From Amoebidium appalachense (taxonomy: Eukaryota; Protista; Ichthyosporea), in assembly GCA_963693365.1 (NCBI GenBank), contig CAVNZM010000005.1, forward strand, positions 3,244,202 through 3,308,201: a stretch of 64,000 nucleotides of DNA, in the 5' to 3' direction. The notes under the pieces are model-generated. The model had not been told where the DNA came from and made no database searches. It saw only the letters and a list, made by a program, of their open reading frames with translations. The position numbers and the translations under genes were made by a program. This document shows, in pieces, positions 1-12,825 of the stretch (its first letter is position 1; each line of letters begins with the position of its first letter).

Positions 1-356
1 CATACCCATCATAGGCACCACTAAATTTCTGGCAAGAACTTTGGCCACATTAGATGCGCCCACAAAACGTGCCGGATCGTCACGGTTCAACCAACGAGAA
101 TCCGGCTTTAAATTATAATCGTAGGTTTTGGTTGGAAGGGAGGCCTGGTGCTCCCCACTAGCGAGGCTGGGGCAAACCCTTCGGCTAAATGTGTACTAGT
201 AGTTAGGATTGATAAACGTGTGTGAGCTTAGCTGAATCCACCATTAGCACCTTAGCTGGGGTTCAGTCGGTGCTTGGTGGAAGACGGTAGTTCCCATGAG
301 GGACCCCTAAGAGCCCCCCCGGGAACAAAACGGGATAAAATTAAACTTTAAAAAAA
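1..356 (+). mobile_element. 3' end of a dispersed non-LTR retroelement (LINE/SINE-like family A), copy 1
   Basis: Homologous to 2255-2590 (reverse strand) and, over its 3' part, to 10500-10710. Shared blocks include TTTTGGTTGGARGGGAGG, TGTGTACTAGTAGTTA and TCGGTGCT..TGGAAG.CGGTA.TTCCCAT, ending in an A-rich tail. An open frame (IPIIGTTKFLARTL...GFKL*) ends at ~118 and may be an ORF terminus. Confidence 0.6.
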
Positions 357-512
357 TATCTATGGTCATATATATGCATGTTAGTCTGAGAGTGAAGAGC
401 ACAGAATGCCATGAGGTGGCACCGGCGGAAAGGCATGTATACATGTAGATTGGTCATTTTGGGGGGGGGGGGGGGGGGGGGGGGATGGGGGATGGGGGGG
501 AGGGGAAGTTAA

Positions 513-959
513 GAAGCACTAACTAATGCTCATGCTAGTAGCAGCGCACATCTACTATCTCGCAAGTGTATAACACCTAAATACATATTACCTTCCTGTA
601 GAACTGGTCTTTCTCTAGCTGATGGTATTATTGATCAATTACCACGCTTTTACTGTACACGTGCTATACAGTGGAGATCTAATAAGTATAAGGTGGCATC
701 ATTTGCATGCCCAAACAACACACACACACACCAGTTTAACCGGTCATGTATCGCCAAATGTAGTTTGATAGACCACATAATACCGCAACACACACACGTC
801 ACATTCACAACAGACACCCAGAAAGATAGCCTACCTGTAAATTACAACATCCTTGATTTTATACTAAACACGCGTAACTACGACCTGTTTATTAGATGTA
901 TTGATTGGCTTGAGAAACACATCACTACAAAATTATAGCGCACGCGCACACACACACAC

Positions 960-1008
<49 letters not shown>

Positions 1009-1041
1009 CCAGCTGATACCGAGTGTCCCGAGGGGAGCCCC

Positions 1042-1079
<38 letters not shown>
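513..1079 (+). mobile_element. 5'-truncated LINE fragment: ORF2 C-terminus, short 3' UTR and poly(A) tail
   Basis: Stop-free frame 513-938 (141 aa, no ATG): ...ILPSCRTG...RAIQWRSNK...ACP...HQFNRSCIAKC...NYNILDFILNTRNYDLF. From memory this resembles the C-terminal region of fungal-type LINE ORF2. It is followed by (CA)n, a GC-rich hairpin-like AGGGGAGCCCCCTT and a ~35-nt A tract at 1045-1079. Confidence 0.45.
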
Positions 1080-1080
<1 letters not shown>

Positions 1081-1461
1081 GGGGAACCCCAACTAATTGA
1101 TTTCTCCTTGTAGTCTTTATGGTGTCTCGTAGAGAAAGTAAACCCTGATATATAGTCACCACCCGACATCTATGTACGTGATCATGATATACCGCTGAGG
1201 GGATATTCCGAGCAAAACCCCCCCCCCCATACCTGAGACTGGTTCTCTTTGCCTCGAGTAAACAGCGTAAACCCCCCCACATCTACTAGGGGTCAAATCG
1301 GAGGGGAAAGGGGTGTGTGTGCGTGTGTTGGGGGGAGGGGAAGGGGGGGAGGGGGGGGGGAAACAAAATATCGAAATCCCTCTGGAGGAGGGGTGAGGGG
1401 GTAGGTGGGTGGGGGGGGGGGGGGGGGAGGGGGGGGGGGGGGGGGGGGGGAGGGGGGGGGG

Positions 1462-2058
1462 GGACGGAGCACACCGGCATTCTAGGGGGAGTTGGTGGCT
1501 CGGAATCCCCTGCCCCCCGCCCCCTTACTGGTTAGCCATAGTAGGAGTGGGTAGGCCAACTCCCCCCCCCCCCCCCCCCCCCCCCCCCCCTTCCCCCCTG
1601 CAGGGAGGCAGTGACCCAGTGTCCCCTTATGATGCCTGGGCAAATTGGGTGGTGGTCTACCCCTTCCCCACCTCCCCCCCCCCCCCCCCCCTTCCCCCCC
1701 CCGGCCCCGACCGACTCCCTCCTGCACACCTAGGGCATTCCCTGTGGGTGGGGGGAGGGGCGGGGGGGGGAGGGGGGGGGGGGGGGGGACGGAGGACACC
1801 GGCATTCTGGGGGGAGTTGGTGGCTCGGAATCCCCTGCCCCCCGCCCCCTTACCGGTTAGCCATAGTAGGAGTGGGTAGGCCAACTTCCCCCCCCCCCCC
1901 CCCCTTCCCCCCTGCAGGGAGGCAGTGACCCAGTGTCCCCTTATGATGCCAGGGCAAATTGGGTGGTTGTCTACCCCCTTCCCCCCCCCCCCCCTTCCCC
2001 CCCCCCCCCCCCCCCCCCCCACTCCCCCCCCCGGCCCCGACCGACTCCCTCCTGCACC
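1462..2058. repeat. Direct tandem duplication, ~325-330 bp unit x2
   Basis: GGACGGAG.ACACCGGCATTCT...CCGACCGACTCCCTCCTGCAC occurs at 1462-1727 and 1787-2057. Unique blocks are near-identical; the embedded C tracts differ in length. Confidence 0.9.
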
Positions 2059-2254
2059 CCAACAACTTCTTGAGCTTACAATTGCTCCGATCAGTTCGGC
2101 TGATGATTAGGGCGAAAAGTTATTATCGTGCCCACCATGTGCGTGTATGTTAACGTTTGTGCCATGTGTAGCAGCAAGTGTGTGCTTGACAATCTATGTG
2201 CGTGTGTGCCGAATACATAATGCACTCGGGGCTGCTAGCTAGGGGGAGAGGAAG

Positions 2255-2590
2255 TATTATCTTTCTATTTTGTTGTGCTTTGTTCTCGGGGAGGCCCTTT
2301 TGGATTCCCAATGGGAAATACCGCCTTCCATTAAGCACCGACTAAACCCTAGCTAGGGTGTAAATGGCTCAGTCAGCCGAGTTGATGCACCTTAAAAAAT
2401 CGTAACTACTAGTACACATATACCCGAGGGGTTTTACCCAAGCCTCCCTAGTTGGGGACACCAGACCTCCCCTCCAACCAAAAACCACCAACAAAATTTT
2501 AAACACGGACTCTCATTGGTTCCACTATGAAGCAGCAAGATCATAAAAACCCTTGCCAACGGCATATTGGTGCTGAAGGTGGATATGGGT
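2255..2590 (-). mobile_element. 3' end of retroelement family A, copy 2
   Basis: Reverse complement aligns with 1-356; the T-rich segment at 2255-2283 corresponds to the A-rich tail. Confidence 0.6.
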
Positions 2591-2717
2591 GTGTTTTACA
2601 GGAAGGTGGTGGTGGTGGTGTGTGTATAGATCTTGTGCTGTATGGACGAATGCAAGGCCCGACAAGTTTATGCATGCAGCATGTGCACGCGCATGTGTGT
2701 GCATGTTTGGGTGTGTG

Positions 2718-2769
<52 letters not shown>

Positions 2770-3028
2770 GTGTATGTGTGTGCGCACGTGCGCACGCACG
2801 CGCCTCTGTGTATGCTTGTGTGTGTGCATATGCACGTGATGTGCCTGTGTATTACTGCGTGTGTATATCTATGTGTGTGTAGTTTACACCGGTCAGAGTC
2901 ACCGTCCGTAACAGTTTGGCTTGTTTGTAAGTGTCTTTGGGTGTGGGTCTATTCTACATGCAAGGACAAAATAATGATGGGCAGCTGCATTAAGGGATGA
3001 CCGATGGTGCATGGAGGGGCGGGAGGGG

Positions 3029-3065
<37 letters not shown>

Positions 3066-3084
3066 AATAGTAGTGTTGACAGAA

Positions 3085-3330
3085 CTCATCAGGCTATGGG
3101 GCAAAGTTACCCGGAAACCGTGCAGTTTCAAAAAAAAAAAAAAAGAAAAAAGAAAAGAAAAAAAAAGATCACAGATTCTGACACACCGTGAAAGGGCACA
3201 GTAAAGAGCTAGCTCATCAGACTATGAGGAGTTACCCGGAAACCGTGCAGTTTCAAAAAAAAAAATAATAAATAAAAAAAAAAAGAGCACAGATTTTAAC
3301 ACACGGTGAAAGGCCACAGTAAAGAGCTAA
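3085..3330. repeat. Tandem duplication, ~128 bp unit x2 with internal A tract
   Basis: CTCATCAG.CTATG...GTTACCCGGAAACCGTGCAGTTTC(A)n...CACAGATT...GTGAAAGG.CACAGTAAAGAGCTA starts at 3085 and again at 3213. Confidence 0.9.
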
Positions 3331-3336
3331 GAGGCT

Positions 3337-3407
<71 letters not shown>

Positions 3408-3602
3408 TATATGATACTGGCGGTATGTGCACACATATGGGGCAAATCCGCAAAGGAAGGGAGAGGCGGAAAGCAAAAATATCTAAAGGTATTTGGAAGA
3501 ATTGATTGGATGGAAAGAATGTGGGACCCTGTGGGCAGAATACGGGGATATGGAGATGGTAGGGTACGGCTCAAGCAAGTGTGAGCTTGGGAAGGGAAGG
3601 GG

Positions 3603-3640
<38 letters not shown>

Positions 3641-3743
3641 TTTTTGTTTTGGCAATTTGCTTGCCCATTGTTGCAATTGATTGGGTATGCGTTTAATTTT
3701 AACAAGCTTTCTCTGTTCTCGTTGGTCTAAAGAGAAGAAGATG

Positions 3744-3782
<39 letters not shown>

Positions 3783-4077
3783 ATTCAGTGAACAAAACAC
3801 CAACGCAGCCCCTCCCTCCCCTCCCCCCCCCCCCCCCCCCTTGAACGCCTCCCCCTCCCTCCCACTCCCCCTCCTCCCCCCTCTCCCCCAACCCCCCGCC
3901 CCCACCCCCATCCCCGGGTCACGTACGTGCGTGTGTGCGTACGGCAGGCACACGCTCAACACACTCCAGACACAGGCATGTGTGCGCTCAGCCCCACACA
4001 TACACAGCGCACAAACACAGATTGTCCCATGCATGCACCCACAAACACACATGCCTGTGCAAGCAGCGTTGTAAACG

Positions 4078-4824
4078 TCGGTCCCCTACAGGCACATGAG
4101 AGCCCAAACAGGTCGGCTTCATATGTTGCCACGCAATCGGGCACACAGCCCACGGGCATGGGGCAGCCGATGGAGGCGAGGGCGGACGCAAGGGCAGCAG
4201 TTGACTGGAGGACGACAGCGGCGGCTATTTTTGTGAATCGGGGAAATAAATTAGGGGAATATTTTTGCAAGTTTGGTAAAACACATTGTGAGGTGTAAGT
4301 TATTTCCGTATTTCACTTTAGGCTGAACGGTTCTTGAGCTTTGTTGTCGGTAAAACTGTTGATTGCGTGTGATCAGAATGACCTGAAGGATGAGTTTATA
4401 TACATTGTAGTGGAATGTTGTCATCTTCGTTATCCGAGCATTATCCAATCACTATTCACTGTAAGTCGAATCTTATGCGTTGACCAATCACATGCAGGGG
4501 AATTTGCTAACCATATAAGGTTACAATGCCAGGCTGCCAGCGCGCCGATTCGAAGCTTTATATCCGATCCGTTGATTGCAGGTCTAATTAGCGCAAGCAA
4601 CTGCTCATCCACCTTCCGTATCAACCCATGAGCACATTATGCATGTCGGTGTGAGCGTGAAGAAAATGCCAGGGTGAGCAAAATTAAGGGGAGACATCCA
4701 TAAGCCATGAAAACTGAACTTTTTGCATGCTGTAGCTGGTACACATGTCGACACAGCCGTCCATCGAGGGTTGCATCGCGGTGATCTGAGGGGGGCTTAG
4801 AGAGGAGAGGGGAATGGCGTGTTC

Positions 4825-4871
<47 letters not shown>

Positions 4872-5261
4872 GGGGGGAGGCGGGGGGTTGGTGGTGGAGG
4901 AGGTGGGGAAGAGGGGGGGAGGGGGAGGGGGGGGGGGGGGGGGGGGGGGGGGCTGTGGGCAAATTTGGCAAATACATATCCGATGCAAGAGTTCCAGGCT
5001 TGAAGGCGCCGGAGGAGGTGGCCGGCCCAGGTCGGCTCCGGGAATGGAGCGGATGGAGATTTGATGTGTATCCATAGCTCCAGAATACCTCCTCCCCCTC
5101 AACCCCCCCCCCCCCCCCCCCTTTCCTCTCAACCACCACCACCACCACCGCCACCACCACTGTCTCCCCCCACTCCCCCCCCCCCTTTCCTCTCAACCAC
5201 CACCACCACCACCGCCACCACCACTGTCTCCCCCCGTACGCGTACGTACACCCGCCACCGC

Positions 5262-5321
<60 letters not shown>

Positions 5322-6140
5322 GTTTCACTCCCAGCGAGCCCACCACCTCCAACAATTTGCTTTGTCGAATCAGTTTCTGTAGTGAGTTCGGAGAGGACGA
5401 ACATCCACTCCGATACACAGTGTGCACTTCAAAGAAGAAAGCCCGCCATTTCCTTCTGGTCTTGGAGCTGCCTTGCCACCTAATGCTATGAAGACTACTT
5501 AGTGTAGGATTGAACTTTTCCATTCCAATCATTGCCCCCCTCCCCCCCCCCCCCTCCCCCTCCCCCTCCCCCCGCGCCAACCGGCGCCGTTATGGAGTAA
5601 CACATACATTTGCAGACGAATCCAAATCACCGAAGAACATACACGTGACACAGACTGACACTTAAAATTTAAAACCAATTTAAAAGACTAATAATAATAA
5701 TTGACACTCAGAATCTCAACACTGTGCAAAAAATTACAAATATCGAATGACATGTAAATGTGCAAAAATTTTCAAAACGCCATATGATCCTTGCTCCATT
5801 CTCTCAGCTTCAGATCCCGGACCCATTTTCGAGCCTCCTCCCCCCCTCCCCCCCCCCCCCCCCCCCCCCCGCGCCCCCTTGTTATCCACTCAGTCTACAC
5901 CACCATCACCCCTGCTTCTCAAGAAACCCTTTTCTCCCTAGCTCCCCCACCTCCTCCACCGCTTTCCCGCCCCCTGCCACCGTGAACCCCCCCCCCCCCC
6001 CCCCGGACCCTCCTCCCCCCCCCCCCCCCCCCTCCTCCACCGGGGCCCCCCACAAAAACACACATGTGCACACATGCACACACACATCCTTTGCCTTTCT
6101 CTCGATTGGCCTAGCCTACGTCTCCTAAATCTTTCTATCT
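4078..6140. repeat. Segmental duplication, copy 1 (paralogous to 8362-11050)
   Basis: Collinear shared blocks: 4078/8362, 4119-4560/9357-9790, 4638/9891, 5036/10290, 5780-5830/10778-10830 and 6080-6140/10990-11050. Confidence 0.9.
4119..4228 (-). pseudogene. Truncated pseudogene copy of the twin-CX3C peptide gene
   Basis: Encodes IAAAVVLQSTAALASALASIGCPMPVGCVPDCVATY, almost identical to the N-terminus of 8927-9466. The start ATG has become ATA, and ~970 bp (equivalent to 8383-9356) is missing, removing the rest of the CDS. Confidence 0.85.
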
Positions 6141-7271
6141 ATCTTTCTATACTACTAAAATAGGTGGCCGGTGCCTTCTGGCCTCCCTCCCTCCCTCCCC
6201 ACCCACCCTCTCCTTCCCTCCGTACAACTCCCCTAGCTCCCCCTCGCCCCCCCCCCCCAACCTCCGAAGAAATTTCGCTCACCCCCTTCCTCCCTCTCCC
6301 CCCCCCCTCCCCTTCTCGCAAATTGAATACTCTACCCGAACCCCCCTTCTCCCCCTCCTGCCTGGTCTTCACAAACATGCACACGCAATGCTTCCTTGGG
6401 TGCACTTCTCCTCCTGCCCCCCCCATCCACCCCCCCCCCCCTCCCCCTTCATATCTCCAAGAACACGGAGTTTTCGATTTTGTGAATACACATTATGACG
6501 GTAATACGCACCAACAATTTAAAACATAAATCATCAGGCCCCCTAAGAACCGCTGTCCCCTCCTCTCCCCGTTCCCCCTCGGTTCCATGACTGGAGCCTT
6601 CCATATGCCCCCGCTTCGCGCCCGCAAGCTCGGAGTCCCCCAGGCTTCTCTTTTCTCTTTCATTTCCAATATGGTTAACCCCCCTCCTCCCCCCCCTCCC
6701 CCCCTCCCCCCGCCCACCCACCCACCCACCTACTCCAGTATCCCACCGGCCTCCCCACCCGAAGGCCCTGTCTGCTACTACTTATTATAACTTAATGATT
6801 TGTTGCTGTATCTAACCGCTGTGTTTACTGGGGTATCTTAGCACTTTGCTTTGCCCTTTCGTCAGACTCTGTTGAGTTGCAATAAGTTTGCCATCATTCT
6901 GAATCTCGCATGTATTCCCCGTAACTTCACTTCAAGCTCTGCTCAAGGTCTGCTAGTTTTGTATGATCACTACTGCCCCCCCCCCCCCCCCCCCCCTCCT
7001 TTCTCCCCTCTCGCGCCCCCACCTCCCCCCCCCCCCCCCCCCCCTCCCCCCGGCCCTCCTTCAAGATATTCAATCCTCCCCCCTTTCTTGGGGCGGCTAT
7101 CCAGGTCACCCTCTCCAGCCCTTGCCATTCCCCACCCATTAGAACCCTTTCCTTACCCGTAGACAGGCACACACAACAACGCGAACTGTTACCCACCGTT
7201 GCAGTGTAGCACACGCACGTGGACACATTGCACGCATACACACGCACAGATTCATACACACGCACACACGG

Positions 7272-7365
<94 letters not shown>

Positions 7366-7773
7366 ATGTGCCTGTGTGCCTGTGTGCGCGTGCGCGCGCG
7401 CGCGTGTGTCTTGCTGCTGTACGATACACTCGCACGCCAGGCCCTGGGCGAACATAATCACACATAACATCAATAGGCAAAAGGTGCAGTGTAACACAAA
7501 GTCTTGTAACAACACACGAGCTGCAAACAAACACAGGAACTTCTACTATTGTTTTCTTTTTTGAAAATACTGTAGTGGGTCTACCTATATATAGAGGGTG
7601 TCAAACATAAGGACCACATTCCCTCTTTCCGTCAATATCTCACTGAATGACCGTCTCCTACCTCCCCTATATCCACAAACACACACACGCACACATACAA
7701 AAAAACACACACAGACACAGATACACACACACAAACACACACACACATACACACACCGTGACACACACACGCA

Positions 7774-7808
<35 letters not shown>

Positions 7809-7921
7809 CACACAAACACACACTCTTTCCCTCTCACCGAGATTCATTCTTTCTCTCTCCCTCTCTGTCTCATGAAGCCATGAGGCCTCTCTCTCCCTCC
7901 CTCCCTCCCTCTCCCTCCCTC

Positions 7922-8151
<230 letters not shown>

Positions 8152-8926
8152 AACTGGTGCCACTGCAGAGTTTCATGGCTAGCAACACACGCACCCGGGC
8201 AACACACAAAGGCACCCCCCCCCCCTCTCCGGCACAACCCCCCCCCCCCCCCCCCCCCACATTTTTACACGTACGTCCATGTTTGCATGCGGCGGGCGCT
8301 CGCTAAGTTGCTAGACACACTGCAAGCACAGACCAACTCGCCCCAACACAGAGCTTTGTTTTCGGTCCCCTACAGGCACATGTTGAGCACGCAGGCTGCA
8401 ACAACCTGGTTACCATGTTGTGAATGCTTCTCGCTCAGGCCTAGTAAGGATTTATTTAACCCGATGTGGCCAAATTTAACCCATCGGCACCCAATGGCGA
8501 GGGTTATGATTACATACAACTGTCACGGGTTTATGAATGTTATACTACGGTAAACAACGTTGTGAACGGCAAATCCATTGCTCTCCCTTTGTCTGTATTA
8601 TGGAATGGCACCCGCACTTCATATACTATGTATGCCGACTCCGAGTGATCCATGTCCACCCAGGCTGTACGTTCACTTGTATCCTTTTGTTCTTTTTTTT
8701 CTTTATTTTTACTTTCCTCTCCTTTTTCACCTCACAGAGGCTAGCTCTACATCTGCCTATATATATCCCAGGCAGAATGAGATTATTTATGTAGTAGTAT
8801 CACGTGAACGTAGACTCATGGGGTTGCATGACCAGCTTTCAAAACTATATTTATTGGGGGATGACATCGTGAACAGTAGCACTATGGCCTAAACGGTTGA
8901 AAACTACTAATCGTGCACAGAATGCC

Positions 8927-9466
8927 TCAGCAGAAGCCCGGATACAAGCGGCAGCATTTTGCTCTGCAGAGCTGCAGCTGCTGGTCATCGATGCCCGCCC
9001 AGTGGGAGAAGCACTGGGTGCTGCACTCCACATAGCTCCCCCGCCCAGCCCTGAGCGCGGCCCTGGCCTGGACGCGGTGTTTGGCTACAGCCACAGGCCC
9101 CACAGCCACTCGGTCATCGGCTTCGGTTAGGTTTGGCACAGGCCCTGAAACTGTGCCCTCTGGCAGGTTGAGCCATGGCGTCCATGTTGACACCTCGTCC
9201 TGGGCGCTGGCCACGGCTACGCCTGCAAGAGGGCCAGCTCTCCTCCGGCCACCTGCAAGTGAGATTCCGTCTTGTGTGTCCTGGGGCGTTACTGAGAGAG
9301 CAGTTTGGGCGCAGCTTTTGACGCAAACGCGCAGGGCCGGGAGACTGTTTGTGGCGTCATATGTTGCCACGCAATCGGGCGCACAGCCCACGGGCATGGA
9401 GCAGCCGATGGAGGCGAGGGCGGACGCAAGGGCGGCAGTTGACTGGAGGACGACAGCGGCGGACAT
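8927..9466 (-). CDS. Putative secreted Cys-rich peptide precursor with two twin-CX3C modules (179 aa)
   Basis: Intronless, GC-rich, high-complexity ORF. ATG at 9466 in context ATTCACAAAATG. Apolar N-terminus MSAAVVLQSTAALASALASIG; CAPDC-X15-CVKSC; basic sites GGRRR and RAALRAGR; C-terminal CSTQC-X14-CRAKCC-X6-C then TGA. Confidence 0.75.
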   Translation of the reverse strand: MSAAVVLQSTAALASALASIGCSMPVGCAPDCVATYDATNSLPALRVCVKSCAQTALSVTPQDTQDGISLAGGRRRAGPLAGVAVASAQDEVSTWTPWLNLPEGTVSGPVPNLTEADDRVAVGPVAVAKHRVQARAALRAGRGSYVECSTQCFSHWAGIDDQQLQLCRAKCCRLYPGFC

Positions 9467-10118
9467 TTTGTGAATTGGGGAAATAATGATAGGGGAATAC
9501 TTTTGCAAGTTTGGTAAAACGAATTGTGAGGTGTAAGTTATTTCCGTATTTCACTTTAGGCTGAACGGTTCTTGAACTTTGTTGTCGGTAAAACTGTGGA
9601 TTGCATGTGATGAAAGTGACCTGATTGACTTCATTAGTGGAATGTCGTCATCTTCGTTATCAGAGCGTTATCCAATCAATGCTTGCCAAAAGTTATCTTA
9701 GCAATGTTGTTAACCTGCGTTGACTAATCAGATGCAGGATAAATTGCTAACCATAGAAGGTTACGATTTCAGCGCGCCGATTCGAAGCTTCAAGGCCTAA
9801 GAAACCGTGCATGATCATGCAAGCTACACCTTCAGTCTCACCCCATGACCTTATTCCTTTTTTTTTTTTTTTTTTTTGATTTTATAAAAGTATGCATGTC
9901 GGTGTGAGCGTGAAGAAAATACCAGGGTGAGGCAAAGGAAATACAACCATAGGCCATGAGAACGGAACTTTTGTGCATGCTGTAGTAGGCGCACAGCCCT
10001 GGCACAAAATGTCAGCCGTCTAATCGAGGGTTGCACCAAAGAAACGTGGTGATACGTGGTGTGAAAAAAGAGGGGATAGGGGAATGGCGTGTGTGTGTGT
10101 GAGTGAGTGTGAGTGTGT

Positions 10119-10149
<31 letters not shown>

Positions 10150-10157
10150 GGGGGGAA

Positions 10158-10197
<40 letters not shown>

Positions 10198-10329
10198 GGG
10201 CCGGGGGGAGGCGGCTGCGGGGCTGGGGCCAGGGTTCACATTGAATACATTTCCGAAAAACACAACTGGTAGGCGGAGAGGTGTGGAGACTCCGGGAATG
10301 GAGCGGATGGAAATTATCTGTAACCCTTA

Positions 10330-10388
<59 letters not shown>

Positions 10389-10499
10389 CTCCCCCCGCCC
10401 CCGCCCCGCCGCGCCCGCGCCATCATAGTACATGAATTACCGAGTAACACACACATGTGCACATGTGCAGAAGATTCCCAATTACAGAACAACATACAC

Positions 10500-10710
10500 C
10501 GGCGTGGCTGGGGTGAATACCCTGGGCTAAGTGTGTTAGGATTGTTAAGGGTGTATTAGCTTAGCTAATAATACCGTAGCACCCTAGCTGGAGTACTCTC
10601 GGTGCTGGGTGGAAGATGGTAGTTCACCATGAGGGCCCCAAGGGGTCCTTCCGGAAGCAAACCGGGATTCAATTAAAAATAACAAAAAAAAAAAACTTAA
10701 ATAAAAAAAT
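10500..10710 (+). mobile_element. 5'-truncated retroelement family A, copy 3, with A tail and target-site duplication
   Basis: Aligns to ~165-356. A-rich tail at ~10675-10710. AACATACAC flanks both ends (10491-10499 and 10711-10719), within a longer degenerate ~45-bp duplication. Absent from the paralogous site near 5640. Confidence 0.7.
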
Positions 10711-11775
10711 AACATACACATGTGCAAAAATGTCCCAATTACTGAATAACATAATATATATATGTGTAAAAAAGTTCCATATAATCCTTGCTCCGCTCTG
10801 TCGGCTTCAGATCCCGGACCCATCTTCAAGCTTCCCCCCCCCCCCCCCCCCCCAACCTCGTTATCCAATCAGCCTTCACCACGATATTCGCTGCTTCTCA
10901 GAATACTGTCTTCTCCCTCCCTCCCTCCTTCCCCCCTTCGCGCCCCCGCCACTGTAACCCCCCTCCCCCTCCCCCCCCCCCCCCCTCCCACAAACACATC
11001 CCTTGCCTCTCTCTCGATTGGCTGATGTCTCATGTATCTTGTTATCTATCTTCCTATGCTACCCCCACCCCCTCCCTCCCAGAGAGAGAGAGGGGGAGGG
11101 GGAGAGGGGGGAAGACCACCAACCCGGATCAGGTGAGCCCGGAGTCCAAGAAAAGGGCGAAGGAGGCCCACTTACCCCTAAGGTCAACTTGGACAGGGGT
11201 GGGCGTATAGGGGAAGGGTTGGGGGGGACCCACCTACCTCTTCCCTCGAGCAGACACTTTGTTGCCTTCAAAATGTGTCCCACAAGGGGGGGGGGGGGGG
11301 GGGGGGGGGGGGGGTAGCAGGGAGAGGTGTGGCGGGGGGAGAAGGTGGGGGAGGGGGATAATAAGGGTTGAACGGGGAACCACCTAGGGGAATTAATATT
11401 GTCTAGTACCACTATGTAGCACTCCCCCCTCCCCCCCCCCCCCCCCCCCCCCCCCCTCCCCCCCTCACCCCCCTTCACCCCTCCTTCCCCACCCCTCCCT
11501 GCCTACTAATGTTAATACTGCAGCTGTGTGTCCATGGATTTCTTTAATTTAGTTTAAAACAGCAGCTTTAGCTTTCTTCCCCCCCCCCCCCCCTCCCCTC
11601 CCACACACAAATTTGTGCAGGTGCCAGGGGAGAGGGGGGGGGGGGGGGGGGGAGGGGGGGGGGGGGGGGGGGGGAGGGGGGGGGGGGCTGAGCTCCCCAA
11701 AATTTCCCCTCTTCCCCTCCCACCAACATTCCTCCCTCCCCCTACAAACCCCCCCCCCTCCCCACCCCGTCTCCC

Positions 11776-11806
<31 letters not shown>

Positions 11807-12794
11807 GGCCCCCAATACATTGATCTATTGCACACACCGACACCTATGCTGCATGCGGCACCACCGGTCCCTCCCCCCCCCCCCCCCCCCCCCCCCCCCG
11901 GGTCACGGGACGTGTTGGCGGAGGGGAGGGGGGGGGGGGGATACCATGCCGATTTCCTGCCAACACACCTTTTGAGCCCCCCCCCCCCCTCCCCCCTCCC
12001 CTCCCCGCCCTCCCCCCCCCCCCCCTCCCCCCGCCCCACCCTTTCCTGTACCCTCTTGATCTTTTATGGTTCAAACATATCATTCTCCTTCACTTGCTCC
12101 CCAGCTTCCTCTTCACTTTAGTCGTGGTATGACTGCTATTCGCTGCTCTTTTTAAATGATCAACGGATGTTACGGGGTGAGGGAGGGAGGCCGGAGGGAC
12201 CATAGGGAAAGGGGGGGAGGGGGTGGGGGTGGGGGGGGGGGGGGGGGGGCTGAGGAGAGGATTCTAAATGACCTGAACTGTCGAATTGTTTTGCGCTTGT
12301 TTTGTGCTGTACCTCTATGGATATCGATTGGGGATGGGAGAATCTTGCCAACGTGGGCATAGGTTATATGGGTTGGTGGGGGAAGGGGGGGGAGGGGGGG
12401 GGGGGGGGGGAGGGGGGTGAGGGGGCATGCGTGTACACACGGAAACTAGAAACAAAATTACTTTCTTGGGGCGTGTGGGGGGGGGGGGGGGGTGTATCGG
12501 GAAAAGTATGGGATAGATGGAATGACAACCAGTAGAATTTTGCGTACTAGTTGATATACTGAGTTGTTGTTTTTCTGTGTACGAATATTGAAGGGGGGAT
12601 ATGCGAAGGATATCCCAATATGGAATTACAGTGACACAACCACTCTCGTAATGTTTTCAACCAATAAAAGCCATATCACCTCGGCACGCAGGTGGTAGTG
12701 TGGATAAATCTGTGCTTGTTTTTTTTGTGCCTCAGTGTTGAGATTTATGTGTTTGTGTGTGTGTGTGTGTGTTTGTGTGTGCTTGTGTGTGGGT

Positions 12795-12825
<31 letters not shown>

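Larger units (their letters stand above)
8362..11050. repeat. Segmental duplication, copy 2 (carries the intact peptide gene and a retroelement insertion)
   Basis: Collinear with 4078-6140; see shared blocks listed for copy 1. Confidence 0.9.

Noticed and set aside
2095-2135. CTGATGA-TTAGGGC-GAAA hammerhead-like core
   Set aside because: Stems I, II and III cannot be paired.
5330-5520. LCRISFCSEFGEDEHPLRYTVC resembling a LINE CCHC knuckle
   Set aside because: Spacing is off and the fragment is too short to support a call.
8466-8648. 60-codon protein-like frame (AKFNPSAPNGEGYDYIQLSRVYEC...)
   Set aside because: No ATG or in-frame acceptor, in-frame stops just upstream and no recognisable motif.
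8870-8929. TGA after the terminal Cys as selenocysteine or readthrough
   Set aside because: No SECIS identified, and the C-terminal module already has an even six Cys.
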